From contig JBEWZL010000232.1 of the NCBI GenBank assembly GCA_045837725.1, positions 124,001-188,000 of the forward strand: a stretch of DNA of 64,000 nt, written 5' to 3'. Shown piece after piece: positions 1 to 12,324 of the stretch. Below the pieces are notes generated by a model. The model saw nothing but the letters and a program-made list of their open reading frames with translations. It did no database searches and had not been told where the DNA came from. Position 1 is the first letter of the stretch, and each line of letters starts with the position of its first letter. The DNA is from Vermamoeba vermiformis (taxonomy: Eukaryota). A program made the translations under genes and the position numbers.

Positions 1-1218
1 CTATCTGTTGAAGCTCTAACAATCGCTCTGCTTCTTCTGAAGTCAAAAATCCATGGAACCATCTGTTATATACAAAATTAGATTCTTAATCATTAAATTA
101 AAGAGCCTTTAAGGTTTGATCTCGATCGAGATCAGGTAAAACTTATAAAGAAGATACGCACTTGTTATTGACGACATTGCGGAGCTATAATAAGACATAA
201 TAGTATTAGTAAAGTTGAAATGATATAAGTCAACGCTGGATCTTACATTTTGAATGGAATCTTTGAATGGACCGAAGGCTTTCAAAAACTCGTTAAATTT
301 CAATAGAGTGACTTCGCCTGTGCCCGAATTATCTATAATTATACGTTAATAATGCACCTAAAATATTACGACCATTGTGGCGTATGAGGCACCAGTATAA
401 GCCGAGTAAAACCACATCCTCATAAGAAAATTGGAATTCTCATTGTTCCATAGTAGTATAATGATTTAAAAATATAACGTGATTGCATATTGAGTAAAAT
501 GACCTTGTAACTTACCGAGTACATAACGAAGAGATAAAAGACCTTCCTCATCTATGTCAATTTTTCTTGCTAGAGCGGCTGTAAATTTATTCCATTCGAC
601 CATAACACCCTAAAATGGCAATTAATGAGTATAAATGACCATATACAAATTATAAATAAAAAAAACAAATTAAAATAATTAATTGGTTGGGCATCCACAA
701 AATTAATAGACACTAAAATCAGGTAGGCTTACCTCGTCTTCAAAATATTCTTCCCATAATTTACGGCCATCAATATCTTCTAGAATACTCGTGTAATTTC
801 TTTTTTTCTTTGGCTTCACATCTTTGTCTTTTTTCTTCTTGGTCGCGTTTAATTGCTCTATTTTTGCTACCATGCCTCGTACTAATCCATAAAGGGCTGT
901 ATTAAGGTGATCTAAATTTCGTCTAACACGAGTGGATTGCATATAGCGCTTTAACTTTTGCTCAGCGTGAATCTTGGTCAAGAAGGTATCATAATCGCCC
1001 AATACTTTGACTAGATCATCTACTGGATTTTTGCCGGTGTCTTCTATGATTCCTTTCACGTTTGAGGCCTGCAGCTCATTATCGATCCGCTCTATAACGT
1101 TTTTAATAGTGACCAGGAAATCCGCATCCACAATTGCTTTGTTTGTTTCAAGGATCTTTTCTATCTTCGTGGCATGCTCCTTGCATTTAGCCAGGTCCTT
1201 TTTTACTTTCGAAGACAT
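1..1218 (-). CDS. Cbl TKB-like protein: helical N-domain, EF-hand-like region and SH2 (runs off the window edge)
   Basis: Spliced translation reads ...GRKLWEEYFEDEGVMVEWNKFTAALARK...LDNSGTGEVTLLKFNEFLKAFGPFKDSIQNLRNVVNNKWFHGFLTSEEAERLL. This matches the Cbl EF-hand/SH2 pattern. It includes a 23-nt micro-exon at 162-184. Confidence 0.7.
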
Positions 1219-1603
1219 GTTGTATTCATTACGGCTCGGCGTCAAAATAAATTGAATTTCAGTTGGCTCAAAAATAACCGCAACTCGTGAGCAGCTCACA
1301 CAACGTAGGTAAGACTATCAATATCATGAATATACAGAAGAGAATCGGGGGAGCAATATCCGCCCTTATTTAAATTGTTTTGATTTTTTAAACAACAAAT
1401 CAATAGATCGTGCACGTACACAACACTGCAAAATGGCCGTTTGCCTAGTTTAATAGCCCCCTAGTGTTTCATATCGAGCGAGACTTATTATTACTGAAGA
1501 AGCACCACGTGGTGCTGATTTGTGAACCTCAAACCTGCGAGATTATTGCAGAAAAAACACAACGCATTTTAATCGATTTGACACAAGCTTCAAACACAGC
1601 GCA

Positions 1604-3585
1604 ATGTCGACTATCAAGGAAAGTAAGACTCTCGGAGACGTCTTGTCCTCCAAGAAAAAAGAGAAGAAGGACAAGGATGAGAAGAAGGACAAAGAAAAGG
1701 AGAAGGACAAAAAGAAAGAAAAAAGAAAGAGTGAGATGCGCACTTCATCTTCCACTCGTGAGCTGTCCTCTTCCTCCAAGGTAGACCGCAGAAAGAGTGA
1801 AAAGAGAATGCCGGAAGTTAAAAGGAACGCTAATATGGATGACGACCGGGACGAAGTTAGCATGACTGAAGAAGAGTCTGTGATTAAGGGTCACGAGTTT
1901 GATAAGGTTAGTTAATTTAACTAATTTTTTAGAATTAATTCGTTGCAATTTGAACGTAATTTTGAATCTGTATTTCGTTTCAATGCTAAACTCTTTATTT
2001 AATTCAGAAATTATGGCCTTATCGTCGTATTTCTGGCTATAAAGTCAAGGGCCAGAAAGAGGGCTTTTACAAACGAAAAATTGGCAACGGCAGATGGGCA
2101 CCTGTGTGGTTAGTCTTGTATTTGGATTATGTCTTGTGGTATAAGCCTGGCAGAGTATGTATTAGATTTAGAATATATTATTATGCATGTAGCAATAGTA
2201 ACACAAATCTACTGCTTCGCTGGCGAAATCTGATTCGCTTCGAGATTGAAAATTCAAAATTTCATATCATTATTTTCGCTGGCAATTTTGCTAATAATTT
2301 ATATAGGCCAAGACACCCTTCCTTACAGACTTACCCGTCGGTGCAGTCAAATTGGAAGTTATTAATGAAAGAACTATTGAAAACGCCGTTGATACTTACG
2401 ATTTGTCTGGTTTGATCCCTAAGACCATCCACTTTGACCACACCGTTCAATTCCAACTCGGAGGTACGTTCTTATTATCGAAAATAGCGAATTCAAACCG
2501 GATCTAATTCCTCCGTAAACAGACAAGGAAAAATTATGCTACCTTCAATTCGAAAGTGACGAAGAACGCGACGAATGGGCTGAAGCTATGAAATCTACTA
2601 TTAAGACCCTCAGATCAGCTCGCCCACGCGTCATTCCTAACGCTCTTGAGTTGACTGAACAGCTTATGAACCAGATCCCCAAAAATAGTACGGTTACTTT
2701 GCCACTATTAATACGCGGATATTTCCGACGGTGCTAATTAACGTCTATTATTAGATAACTTGGGCAAGGGACCATTCGCTGGCGAAGAAGAACGATGGAT
2801 CGCTGCTATGAAATTGTATTACCACACCCGTGAAAAGAATTTGGATGCCGTTAAGGTATTTATTCATTCTAGATTATATATGAATAACTTTAGCGAAATC
2901 TACGATTATTACGAATATTTGAGCACAGATCGTTAACCGGATTCTTCTTTCTGTAGAACTTTTCTTACTTCTCAGACTTCGTTCCTCCTACCAACGTTTC
3001 ATTCATTGAGTGGTTCTTGAACCCCGGAGGTCTTGCTGAAGGCACCAACACTAGCTTGGAAAAGGATCTGACCATCGCCGAAGACTTTGTCGTTGGCAAG
3101 TGGCGCGAAGAGTTGTTGAACATTCAAGCGACTGAAAAAGCTCTTTCTGAGCCTGAAATTGACGAGCGAACTGCTGCTAAGTACCGCCAAAAGGCTCAAG
3201 AAGTTCAACGCATGATCGATCTGTACCACAAATACCAGAAGGAGTTGTACAATAAGGAACCTCAATACGAATATGCCAAGAAGAAGTGGAAGGAGTTTGA
3301 AATCGAAGCTGATCGATTGGTCAACTTGAGAAAAGATCAACTGGAAAAGGCTCGACAGGAAGCTATTAACAAGGCCGAGGAAGCCGTAAGTATTATTATA
3401 TAGAGCCACCGTAGTGTATAAATGATAGCTAACGGCGGGTACTATAATAGGCTAAAGCTCAAGAAGAGAAGGCTCGCTTAGCATTCGAAGAGAAACAACG
3501 ACAAAAGGCCGATCCGTTCTACATTGGTCAAGATCCTGAAGACGACCCGTTCGCTGATATCAAGATCAAGACGTTGAGGCTATAA
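1604..3585 (+). CDS. PH-domain protein with Lys/Glu-rich N-terminus and C-terminal coiled coil
   Basis: Exons give KEGFYKRK..GRWAPVWLVLYLDYVLWYK and YLQFESDEERDEWAEAMKS, which are PH strand 1-2 and C-helix patterns. Stop TAA at 3583-3585. Confidence 0.65.
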
Positions 3586-3743
3586 AGATATAATATAATA
3601 TAATCCCCTACCTTGTAAGTCTTAGCCGAAATGCCAAATAATAAGCAATAAAATGTCAAAATTATGATATGCATTGCACTTGCAACCACAAAGGATATTT
3701 ATATTAACCGCAACTATATACATTTATTTATACGCCATTAAAA

Positions 3744-5550
3744 TTACATATTATAATAGTTTCGCTTTTTACCCGCTACCGATGGCTTTTCTTCAGTAAC
3801 AGGATCTTGGCCCGCACCTGCGGAATTTACCCGGTCATTTATTGAATCGCAAAAGTATACTGCGGTAGTACTTACCATTATTATTCGGCAGGAACGTGAA
3901 TGTAAGGTTTTCTTTCGCAGGGACGGCTTGATCGTCGAGCACATTACTGATCTCGACCGCTACTGTCAACTCTTTGGTCAGATCTTCGATGATCGGCGGC
4001 TGAACAATGATGAGGTTGGTTTCGCATTGCACGATTGTCGCCGGGATATTTCCGAACTTGACAACTAAATTCTTCTTGTTTTTCAGAAACTTCCGACCCC
4101 TGATCCAGACCTCATTTTGAGGTCCGCCAGTGACTAGGCTCTTGGGCATAATACCAAGAATCAATGGTCGGTCTGTCGTAAAATGTGTCAATTATTGCTG
4201 GTTCACAAAACTTATAAAGCGTACCTAGACTTTTCACTTTGTTCGACGCGACAATGAATGGATTGGATCGGATTACTTCCTCCTTGTAGAATGTTTCGCT
4301 CTTAGAGAGGTACCGCACCGTGAACTCTAGCAAATACTTGCTTTTCGAGCCAGTTGTTTTGTAAATATTCAAAGCGAAGGCAGCCTGCCATAAATAAACA
4401 ATTAGGATTTGCTGTCTTTGCAAGAATTTAACACTTGCCTGACATGTGTCTTTAGTCTCAAGAGGAATACTAATCTCTCCTCCAAGGATGCCTTCTCCCG
4501 CGGGTTCTGTCACGAAGTTATCGCCCTTTCCCTAAAAGGAAATTTTCGGTGAACAACGCACGCTTCCAAACATGGAAAAATTTTAACCCTTCATCGTGTA
4601 ATTACACAAGGCTGATATCTTACCGATTCATTACGAGTCATTATCAGAAGTTTCGCCGTCACGCGTCCTTCGATAATATCGCTCGCCCTAAATAGCCAAA
4701 ATAAGAAAGTTTAGATTTTAGTATGGATTGTCATCCACAAACGTTGGAACTTACTTCCCCGAGTACTGAATTCGCAGCGGATGCGGCAAAAGATGTCTAT
4801 TATCATCATTTAGTATTTATCGAATGATTGCGGTTAAATTCAACGAATTAAAATTTCAAATTTATCAGCTTACCTGTTTTCATTTTGATACGCTTTACGT
4901 TGTTTCTCTTGAGGCTGTTCGACCAAATAGAACTTGGTAGGACCAGTTGGTGCAGGTTGGGCCTTATTGGCCGATTTCGCTTCTTTGACAGATGGCGAGC
5001 CAAGATCTGCACTCTGCTGCACTGTCGCGTTATTTGCTGCGTATCCGTTGGGTTGGGACTCTCGTACATGCTCGTGAATGGGCCCATGGTTTTGATATCC
5101 ATTGAATTGAGGCAAATACGGCATTTTAAGTCCGTTCGTAAACGACTCAGCGTAATTATTACTCGAAATTGACGGAAGAGGTCCGTCTTCGTGGGCATAA
5201 TGATGTATTTCGCCATTGGTTGGATATTGAGGGATCGTCATATTATAATGTGGTGGATGGAAGTTGTCTGGCGGTGGGTGGTGCATATTATGGTGGTGGT
5301 CATTTAATGGCATCGAAACGAAATACGCTGCATAATTGGGAGGGCTAAATGCCGACGACCCTATCTCTAGTCTTCGTTTCTTAAATTCGCGTCCATCCTG
5401 TTTGCATTTTAAAAAATTAGAGTAAATCGTAGATCGCAGCATTAATTAACCGCAATAATATTATTCAACGTAATAAAACCGACATACCTCGTCGGCTAAT
5501 TTTAAACCCATTCCATCCGGTGTTGGACCGGAGTTGCTTTTTTGACTCAT
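3744..5550 (-). CDS. IPT/TIG-domain transcription factor (Rel/NFAT/SPT23-like DNA-binding region plus IPT)
   Basis: EQPQEKQRKAYQNENRHLLPHPL, then SNPFIVASNK, then an IPT-like PLILGIMPKS..GGPQNEVWIRGRKF...VKFG. The N-terminus is low-complexity His/Pro-rich. Confidence 0.65.
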
Positions 5551-6355
5551 TGTCGTGGTAACGATCCTAAATTTCTCGTTGCTGTTGGAGATCGGATCCA
5601 ATGTTTCGCGATAGCTTTTGAATGCCACGGTATTGTGTTCTCCTCAATAATGGTGATCAGAATGATTTCAATGACAGCGCTATAACATAATCTGGCGAGA
5701 TTCCTTGGAGGTTCAAACCTCTTAAATTTTCCTTATAAGGTCATCTTTTTTATATTTGGTAAGGACGTTTGGATTTTTTCGCAGGACATTGTTATGATAA
5801 TCCTTACCATATCACGAAGAATTGCTGAGGTATCGACTCCTACGAATCGGTAGGTTTTGAAATCCAGATTCGAGGCAAATTCAACGGTCGACTTCGCGTC
5901 CGAATTCGCAGGGAAGTATACTGAAGGCCCTATAATAAAATTTAACCTTCCAATGATACGAAGAAACAATCCGTAAGCGTTTTTCTTGTTTATTCACCAA
6001 TTAAGTAACAAACTCCTATCTCTAAAAATCTGAAGCTTAAAATTTGCCTTAAAAGCTGAATACAATTAGAATCGATATGCATCACCTGATATTAAGCCTT
6101 TTTTGGTTTCGTAAGTACTCGCGAAATGGCATCCGAGTAACGGCTTCGCGGAGATCACCCGAAACATGTTTCGCTGCCTAGCGCTGCTTTGCTTCTTGAA
6201 AAAACAATCACTAGCATAACGTATAAAATCCAATCAGCGAGACTAAGCGATTTGCTAACTGATTTGATTTATTTCTTTATTTTTAATTTTGATTATTATT
6301 ATCCATAAAATGAAAGCTTGCACAATAAGTAAATAAATATACGATCAATAGAATA

Positions 6356-8743
6356 ATGGACAGATTTATGAGCTGGCTCGCCAGGCACGATATAACCGTA
6401 GATGCCGTCGTGCCATTTGATTTTGAAGATACAGGGCGAGGAATGCGTGCCACAAGGGATATTGCCGTAAGATCATATTAAAAATGAATAGTACAAGGAT
6501 TAATAATCATAACCGTAAAGCCTGGAGAATTATTATTGAAGATCCCCGAGTATTTAATTATTTCGGCTAAAACAGCGTTAGATTCAGACATAGGACAGTC
6601 CTTTCGTGAGGTAATATTTATTTATAAATAAAATAATTATAACTAATAATTTTTAGGCTCGAATAAAAAATGGTGTAGATCTGATCTGTTTGTACCTTCT
6701 ATATGAAAAGAATAAGCCAGATTCAGCGTGGAAAGAATATATCGATATATTGCCAACATCGTTTAGTGATCTACTTCACTTTACCGACGACGAGCTTCAA
6801 GAACTACAGTGCAGCGTCAAAATAGGTACGTGGATCCGTATGTGCCTAATCCACTCTTACATGGTTATAGAGCGACTAAAAGCAAAGAAAAGAAGTCTTC
6901 AGAATAAACACCAAGCGTTGAAATCTTCGCTGGAGGTCAGTACAAAAAAAGCCCGCCAATTTCTCGTGTACGAATTCTGACGTAGTTTTTATTTGTACTG
7001 TTAGACTGTAATGAAGAAAGCGCTACCATGGCTCACATTCGATGAGTTCTTATGGGCCTGGTCTTGCGTAATGTCACGGTACGTCATCCAAACAGCGAGA
7101 TTCAACTGCGCTGTTGTTGCCTCTCCAACCCTTATAGCTTTATCTTAAATTACATTCATCAGTGGTATATTTTTAATTGTCCAAATTAATTAGGAGCTTC
7201 TACATCCCAGGCAGAAAACGGATGAACATTGAAAAAGATGAATACAACGTGATACCTTTCGCCGACATGTTCAATCACAGTTCTATGGTAGAGGTACGTT
7301 GACCAACCAACAAGCATTATCAATGGTGCGCTTCGATCTGGCGTACGGAAAGCTCGGCGATCGATCCGGATTTAATTCTTTTCTTCGGCCCGAAGCCTTA
7401 ATCGGTTACTTATTTAACTTCAAAGTCCCGAGGTGCATTCGGAGCGAACTCGGGAGCATACAAATTGTTCACTGACACTGCATACAAGAAGGGAGATCAG
7501 GTATGGCCATTCTTTCGCTAATTTTCGTCAAATATTGCTGATAAATAGACCTTCCCCTATTTAAATTTAATTTTAATTAGTTGGTTCGAGTTGATATTGC
7601 GTTAATACTTGCCAAGAAAAACTAACCGTTCCGGATTTCAGGTGTTTTTGTGTTACGGCCAGCACAGCAATGAAGTCTTATTGAAGTACTACGGCTTCGT
7701 CATAGACAACAATCGATATAACTCCATACGCTTCTACATTGACTGGAACACGTTTCCAACAACAAACCAAGCGGCGAAGTTGAGCTTGATCGGCGAGTAT
7801 CACGTTGCCGAAGGGTAATTATATTCTAGAACATTGAGATTACCATTATTGGTATTTTCAGACTTTCCATAAGCGAGGAAAATTAGAAATCAAAACGCTT
7901 CATTAAGTTTCAAGCCGGAATTGGATCCGAAGTTATTTTACATTGCGGTTCATTAAATATAATATACCAACTTACTTTTGCATCGTTAGCAAGTGCGTCG
8001 CTCTTGAAGAAGAATTCTCCTGGAATATGATGACTTGCCTGCGGATCATGCTTAGCGAGAGTACTCAGTACGAGGACTGGGCAAAAGCCATTTTGTAAGT
8101 CCGATTCTACGTTCACTAATATGAAATTTTATGTACACCGATTTCCAAAGCCCGTACCGGCAAAATGAGCCTCCGAGACTCACAAGAACAAATGAGGCTA
8201 TGTGTACTTTGTGATTTCGTTTTGTGAAATCGATTGATTTTAACTTGATAAGCACTCGCGTATCAAAGACATACCGACTGCACGTGCTTTAAAACCAGTT
8301 TAGTTTACTAATATGAACCTGACTGCAGGGAGGACGTAATATCTCGCGAGAACGAACTGAAAGTGTGGGATTATTTAAAAAATCTCCTACTAGATCGAGC
8401 TAAGGACAAAAAAACGACAGTTAAGGCAAGTCCCATTCGTTAATTAAAATTAATTCGAATAGCCTTCTTAGTGAAGGAGATACACGCGAGGCATAGCGGG
8501 AGAATCAATCTGCCCTTTTGTTCCACCGCTAGCTGTGCACAAACCCGATATGGCCTAGCGCCCTATTTATATCGTTATTTAACGCGAAGTTTTTTCTTAC
8601 CTTGTTTGGTTATACTATAGGAGGACATGGCATTATTAGAGAAAGAAACCAACTTCAACAAAAGAAATGCTTATACTCTACGCATAGGCGAGAAGAAGAT
8701 AATTGACTCACTTTTAAATCTATGCGCCGAAAGGCTTCGGTAA
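6356..8743 (+). CDS. SET-domain lysine methyltransferase, SETD3/4/6-Rubisco LSMT family
   Basis: Motifs TGRGMRATRDI, PFADMFNHS, CYGQHSNEVLLKYYGFV and C-terminal TTVKEDMALL...LRIGEKKII. About 11 exons. Confidence 0.85.
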
Positions 8744-8972
8744 CTTTGCCACAATTTCTGCAAAATAAAATTATTCCGATTCCTGATATGGTAATTCCTC
8801 TTCGGGTAAGAGATTCACCGGAATCTGGTATTTTTAGGTTTATATGAGAAAATGATATCTCGCTAACCTTGCGTCGGTTTCATTTTCTGAGTGCTGCATG
8901 ATTAAAATAAAGTAAGTGGGACAACGAAATAAGTCTCGATAAATTGTCCGCGGGTTTTATTTGTCTCAACCA

Positions 8973-10713
8973 CTAATTCTCCGCAGATCCCTGCAGTAGT
9001 TTAAGCGCTGCTTCTGTTTTATCGTTTTGCACCTATTAATTAATTTCCATTAATACTATCTTCAGGTAATGGATTTGCCACAGTTCAGTAATGGAGGCGC
9101 CTAAAATAGACCAAATATAAACTCTTACCAATATGAAGTCGTCATCAAACGTCGATAGATAGAATATGCTAATACCATTGAGCGCGAGAATATCCGACAC
9201 CTGAGTAACTGCTCCAAGCGTATTGCCGGCTAAAAAATGAGTTGAGACAAAGTCTAAAAATAGATGCGCCGTATCGCGATCCTGCGACTTCACGTAAATC
9301 AATTGAACTCCGGTCTGTTACTTACAGAAGCCCATCGGACCGGCTGAAATTTGAATAGCATTCCATGAGTTAGCGTTTCGCTCAACGCGGCTACAAAATT
9401 CATTCGGCAAACTGCTGAACGCCTTCTCTTCCATAACTAAAGATACTTCCTCGCTAGTAATGGTAATCGATAGGAAGCGGTCCTCTCTAAAAAGTTCGTT
9501 AGAGTCTACGGAGATGAGGATCTTAATTTCGGCAAAGGTATCCTGGATAACACCCAGACCGCCTTAACTCCGTGGAAAGGCACCAAAATTAAATTAAACT
9601 ATGCCAACATACCGCTCTGGAAATAGCAGCAGTTTTAACAGGGCGTGAGTTAGATGTGGAATGGATTCCCGAGCAAAGCAGGCTAATATTAGTCTCTGAG
9701 ACAATGGAGAGAGTTCCATTGACTTGATAACGTTATTGCTCTTTGACTTGAACGGTTCTGAAGACAAGCGATGCTCTTGCTGAGGGATCAAGATCGTGGG
9801 TAAATGTTTTTGAAGAATGGCATACGCCTGCTCGAGCCGCTCTTCTTCGACCTAAATATAGAGTATGACGCACTTGATATTTAATAAATCGTAGTCGGGT
9901 GGAAACGTACCAGCATGAGATCTGTGTAGTAAGTGCTGTAATAGATGATGCTAATACCAACTTGAGCCTAAACAATTCACGACTTCAGAAAATGGATACA
10001 TTAATCAATTATAATGTACTCACGATTGGTTGTGTAAATCGGCGAACAAGGCCGGGCTGATCTGAACGAGAAGTTAGAATCCGTTACACCAACGGCGATT
10101 ATAAACGCTTACTAATAGCGTCTGCGCCTTCGAATATCTGAATAGCTCTGTAATGTTGTTTGCTAACTACTAGATTGTCATCATTTCCACCAAGGCTCTG
10201 CACGGCATCTGAATCTACGATCTGGTACAGGTCAAGTCAAGGAGATAACAGATTTGGATAATATCCCGAATATATTCGTATTTAGGATACAAATGAGATA
10301 TCGCCTTCGGTTTCATTATATGAGAAGAACGGAGTGTTACTACAAATAGTAATCATCAGATCGGGATCGACCGATTACAAAATTGAACAAATGACGTGGA
10401 AAATAATTTAATAAAATTTTGCACCGCATTCTGTAATAGTAAATTTAAAATAATGGCCGAGAACGATTAAATCGAGCGGGATGTAACTCTTCAAAATTAA
10501 TTAGCTGTCATTCTTTCATTTTCTTGTCATTTAAGATTTGTAACGCACATACGCATTTACGTACCTATTGGGGAAAAATATTAATTTCACGATCTGCTTG
10601 ATCTTCCGCTCGAACGCTTCGTCACTTTTCGAGATCTTCAATAGGAACAGCTTGTGAGGCAAGATAGTTAACTTGCTCGCGTTGGAGTATGGGTTAAAAT
10701 CCAAGAAAGACAT
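8973..10713 (-). CDS. CASTOR/GATS-like tandem ACT-domain protein
   Basis: Two repeats: FFSYNETEGDISFIVD...GISIIYYSTYYTDLMLV and FLSITITSEEVSLVME...GISIFYLSTFDDDFILV. Confidence 0.8.
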
Positions 10714-10844
10714 TTTTAGTGTTGAATAGTTCTCCTCCAATGTCAATGACAAGCAAAAAAGTAAATCTGAAATTCTAAAGAACTACTATACATTTATATT
10801 ACACGGTTATATACAAAATTGGGAGTGCTTGCACTCTGGAAAAT

Positions 10845-11786
10845 TTAGTAATTATAGTATTGAGGGGCGTAGTCGTATTGAGGAGCCATGAAGCTTTGTT
10901 GTTGTTGTTTCGTGAAAGAAAGATCGAATCCCATGTCACCGTAGTAGTCAACTGCGTCGCTCTTGCCGTCGCTGTTGTAGTTGACATAGGGGGCATTGTA
11001 GTAGCTTTCGAATTGGACATCGCCAGCCTCCATGGCAACAAGAGGCTCCGAAGGAACGTCGGTCAAGCACATCCAGGAGTTGCGTCGGCCATTAGTGGGC
11101 ATTACGACTTGAGGTCTGTATTGAAACTGGGTTTCGGCGTCGGTGATGTAGTATTGTCGTGAAGAAGCGCGCTCTCGAGTTTCAAATCTGTTCTCAGGCA
11201 TTGTTTGAGGCAATTCCAAAGTCGGAAGTTGTTGCGTCGGAAGCTTAGACAAGTTTAAAGGAGTGACTTTAGCGCTAGGAGCAGGTTGAATGTGGTTCCT
11301 ATCCTCTTCGTGAAGGGAGCGCTGAATTTCTTTGCAACTCTGTACTGCCTGGAGTAAATCCTCGTCGTCGGGATTTTCGACTAGGGCGCTATCCATGTTT
11401 TGAGATACAATCCATTGAACCAGGCGTCTTTCGAAGGAAGCCCAACCCTTACTTCTTCTCTTTGCAGTAAAGTAAGCTGAGATGGTCGTCGCACTAAAAA
11501 CTTAAATTAGAAACTGAAAGCGAGGGCCAAAAATAGCCGATAGTTAATTTCTTAATGTTTAAAAGCTTGCTTACCTAACGTTTAATTCGAATGAAAGACT
11601 CTTTTGATTTTTTTGCAAGGTTCGCATGATTTCTTTTAGTTTTTGGAGTAGGGTCGGATCAGGCTCCGCCGTTTGTCCATTTTCGCTATCCTCTTCGCTG
11701 GAAAAGTTATCAGCTACTCTTCTCTTACTGAGCTTTTGTTGCTCTTCGAAGTACTTGTTGGAGGAGTGCTTGGGGAAGTGGCTCAT
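10845..11786 (-). CDS. Putative transcription factor with Cro/CI-type HTH-like domain (paralog A)
   Basis: Two coding exons give LQKNQKSLSFELNVSATTISAYFTAKRRSKGWASFERRLVQWI, followed by a Tyr/Gln-rich tail. Confidence 0.55.
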
Positions 11787-12324
11787 GGAGTTCCTGCAGA
11801 TCGACCAGGTTATAATCCATTAACGCATTAGCTTTGTTTGAGTACTTACATTTGTTAATGAAATGATATCTCTAACGAAGTCGGTTACGAGTTAGTCTCG
11901 TGTGGCCTTGTTTCAGATCGGTGGAGAAAACTGAATGGTCCAAAGTGAAAAAATGTCGCAATTTATCGTGCCCCGGGGCACTTTACTCCGCACACCGCAA
12001 TAGATAAAATTTCAAAGCAGTAGAAAAGTCGATTATAAAAGGAAAAAGTACTGGAGTGAAATTCGCGTTTTTCCGACGAGGTAGAATAATCTCCCAACAA
12101 GATTTGTCGGAGAACATTTGTTATCAAACGGTAAATATCTACTTTTAGCACCTCTGGATTAATCCCGTGAACCGTTCTGTTAATCGGAGAAGCTATGCGA
12201 CGTGCCTCTTAACCAAATTGGAAGTGCCGTAAGATAGTTAATTGGATCCGTTATTGAAAAATTTTATATACAGATTTTATTGACTAACGTCATAGTTTAC
12301 AGATTAGTGAATTCGCAGATTGGT

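Noticed and set aside
8470-8545. H/ACA snoRNA in the GC-AG intron (GCATAGC/GCTGTGC stem followed by ACA)
   Set aside because: There is no proper H box and no balanced pseudouridylation pocket.
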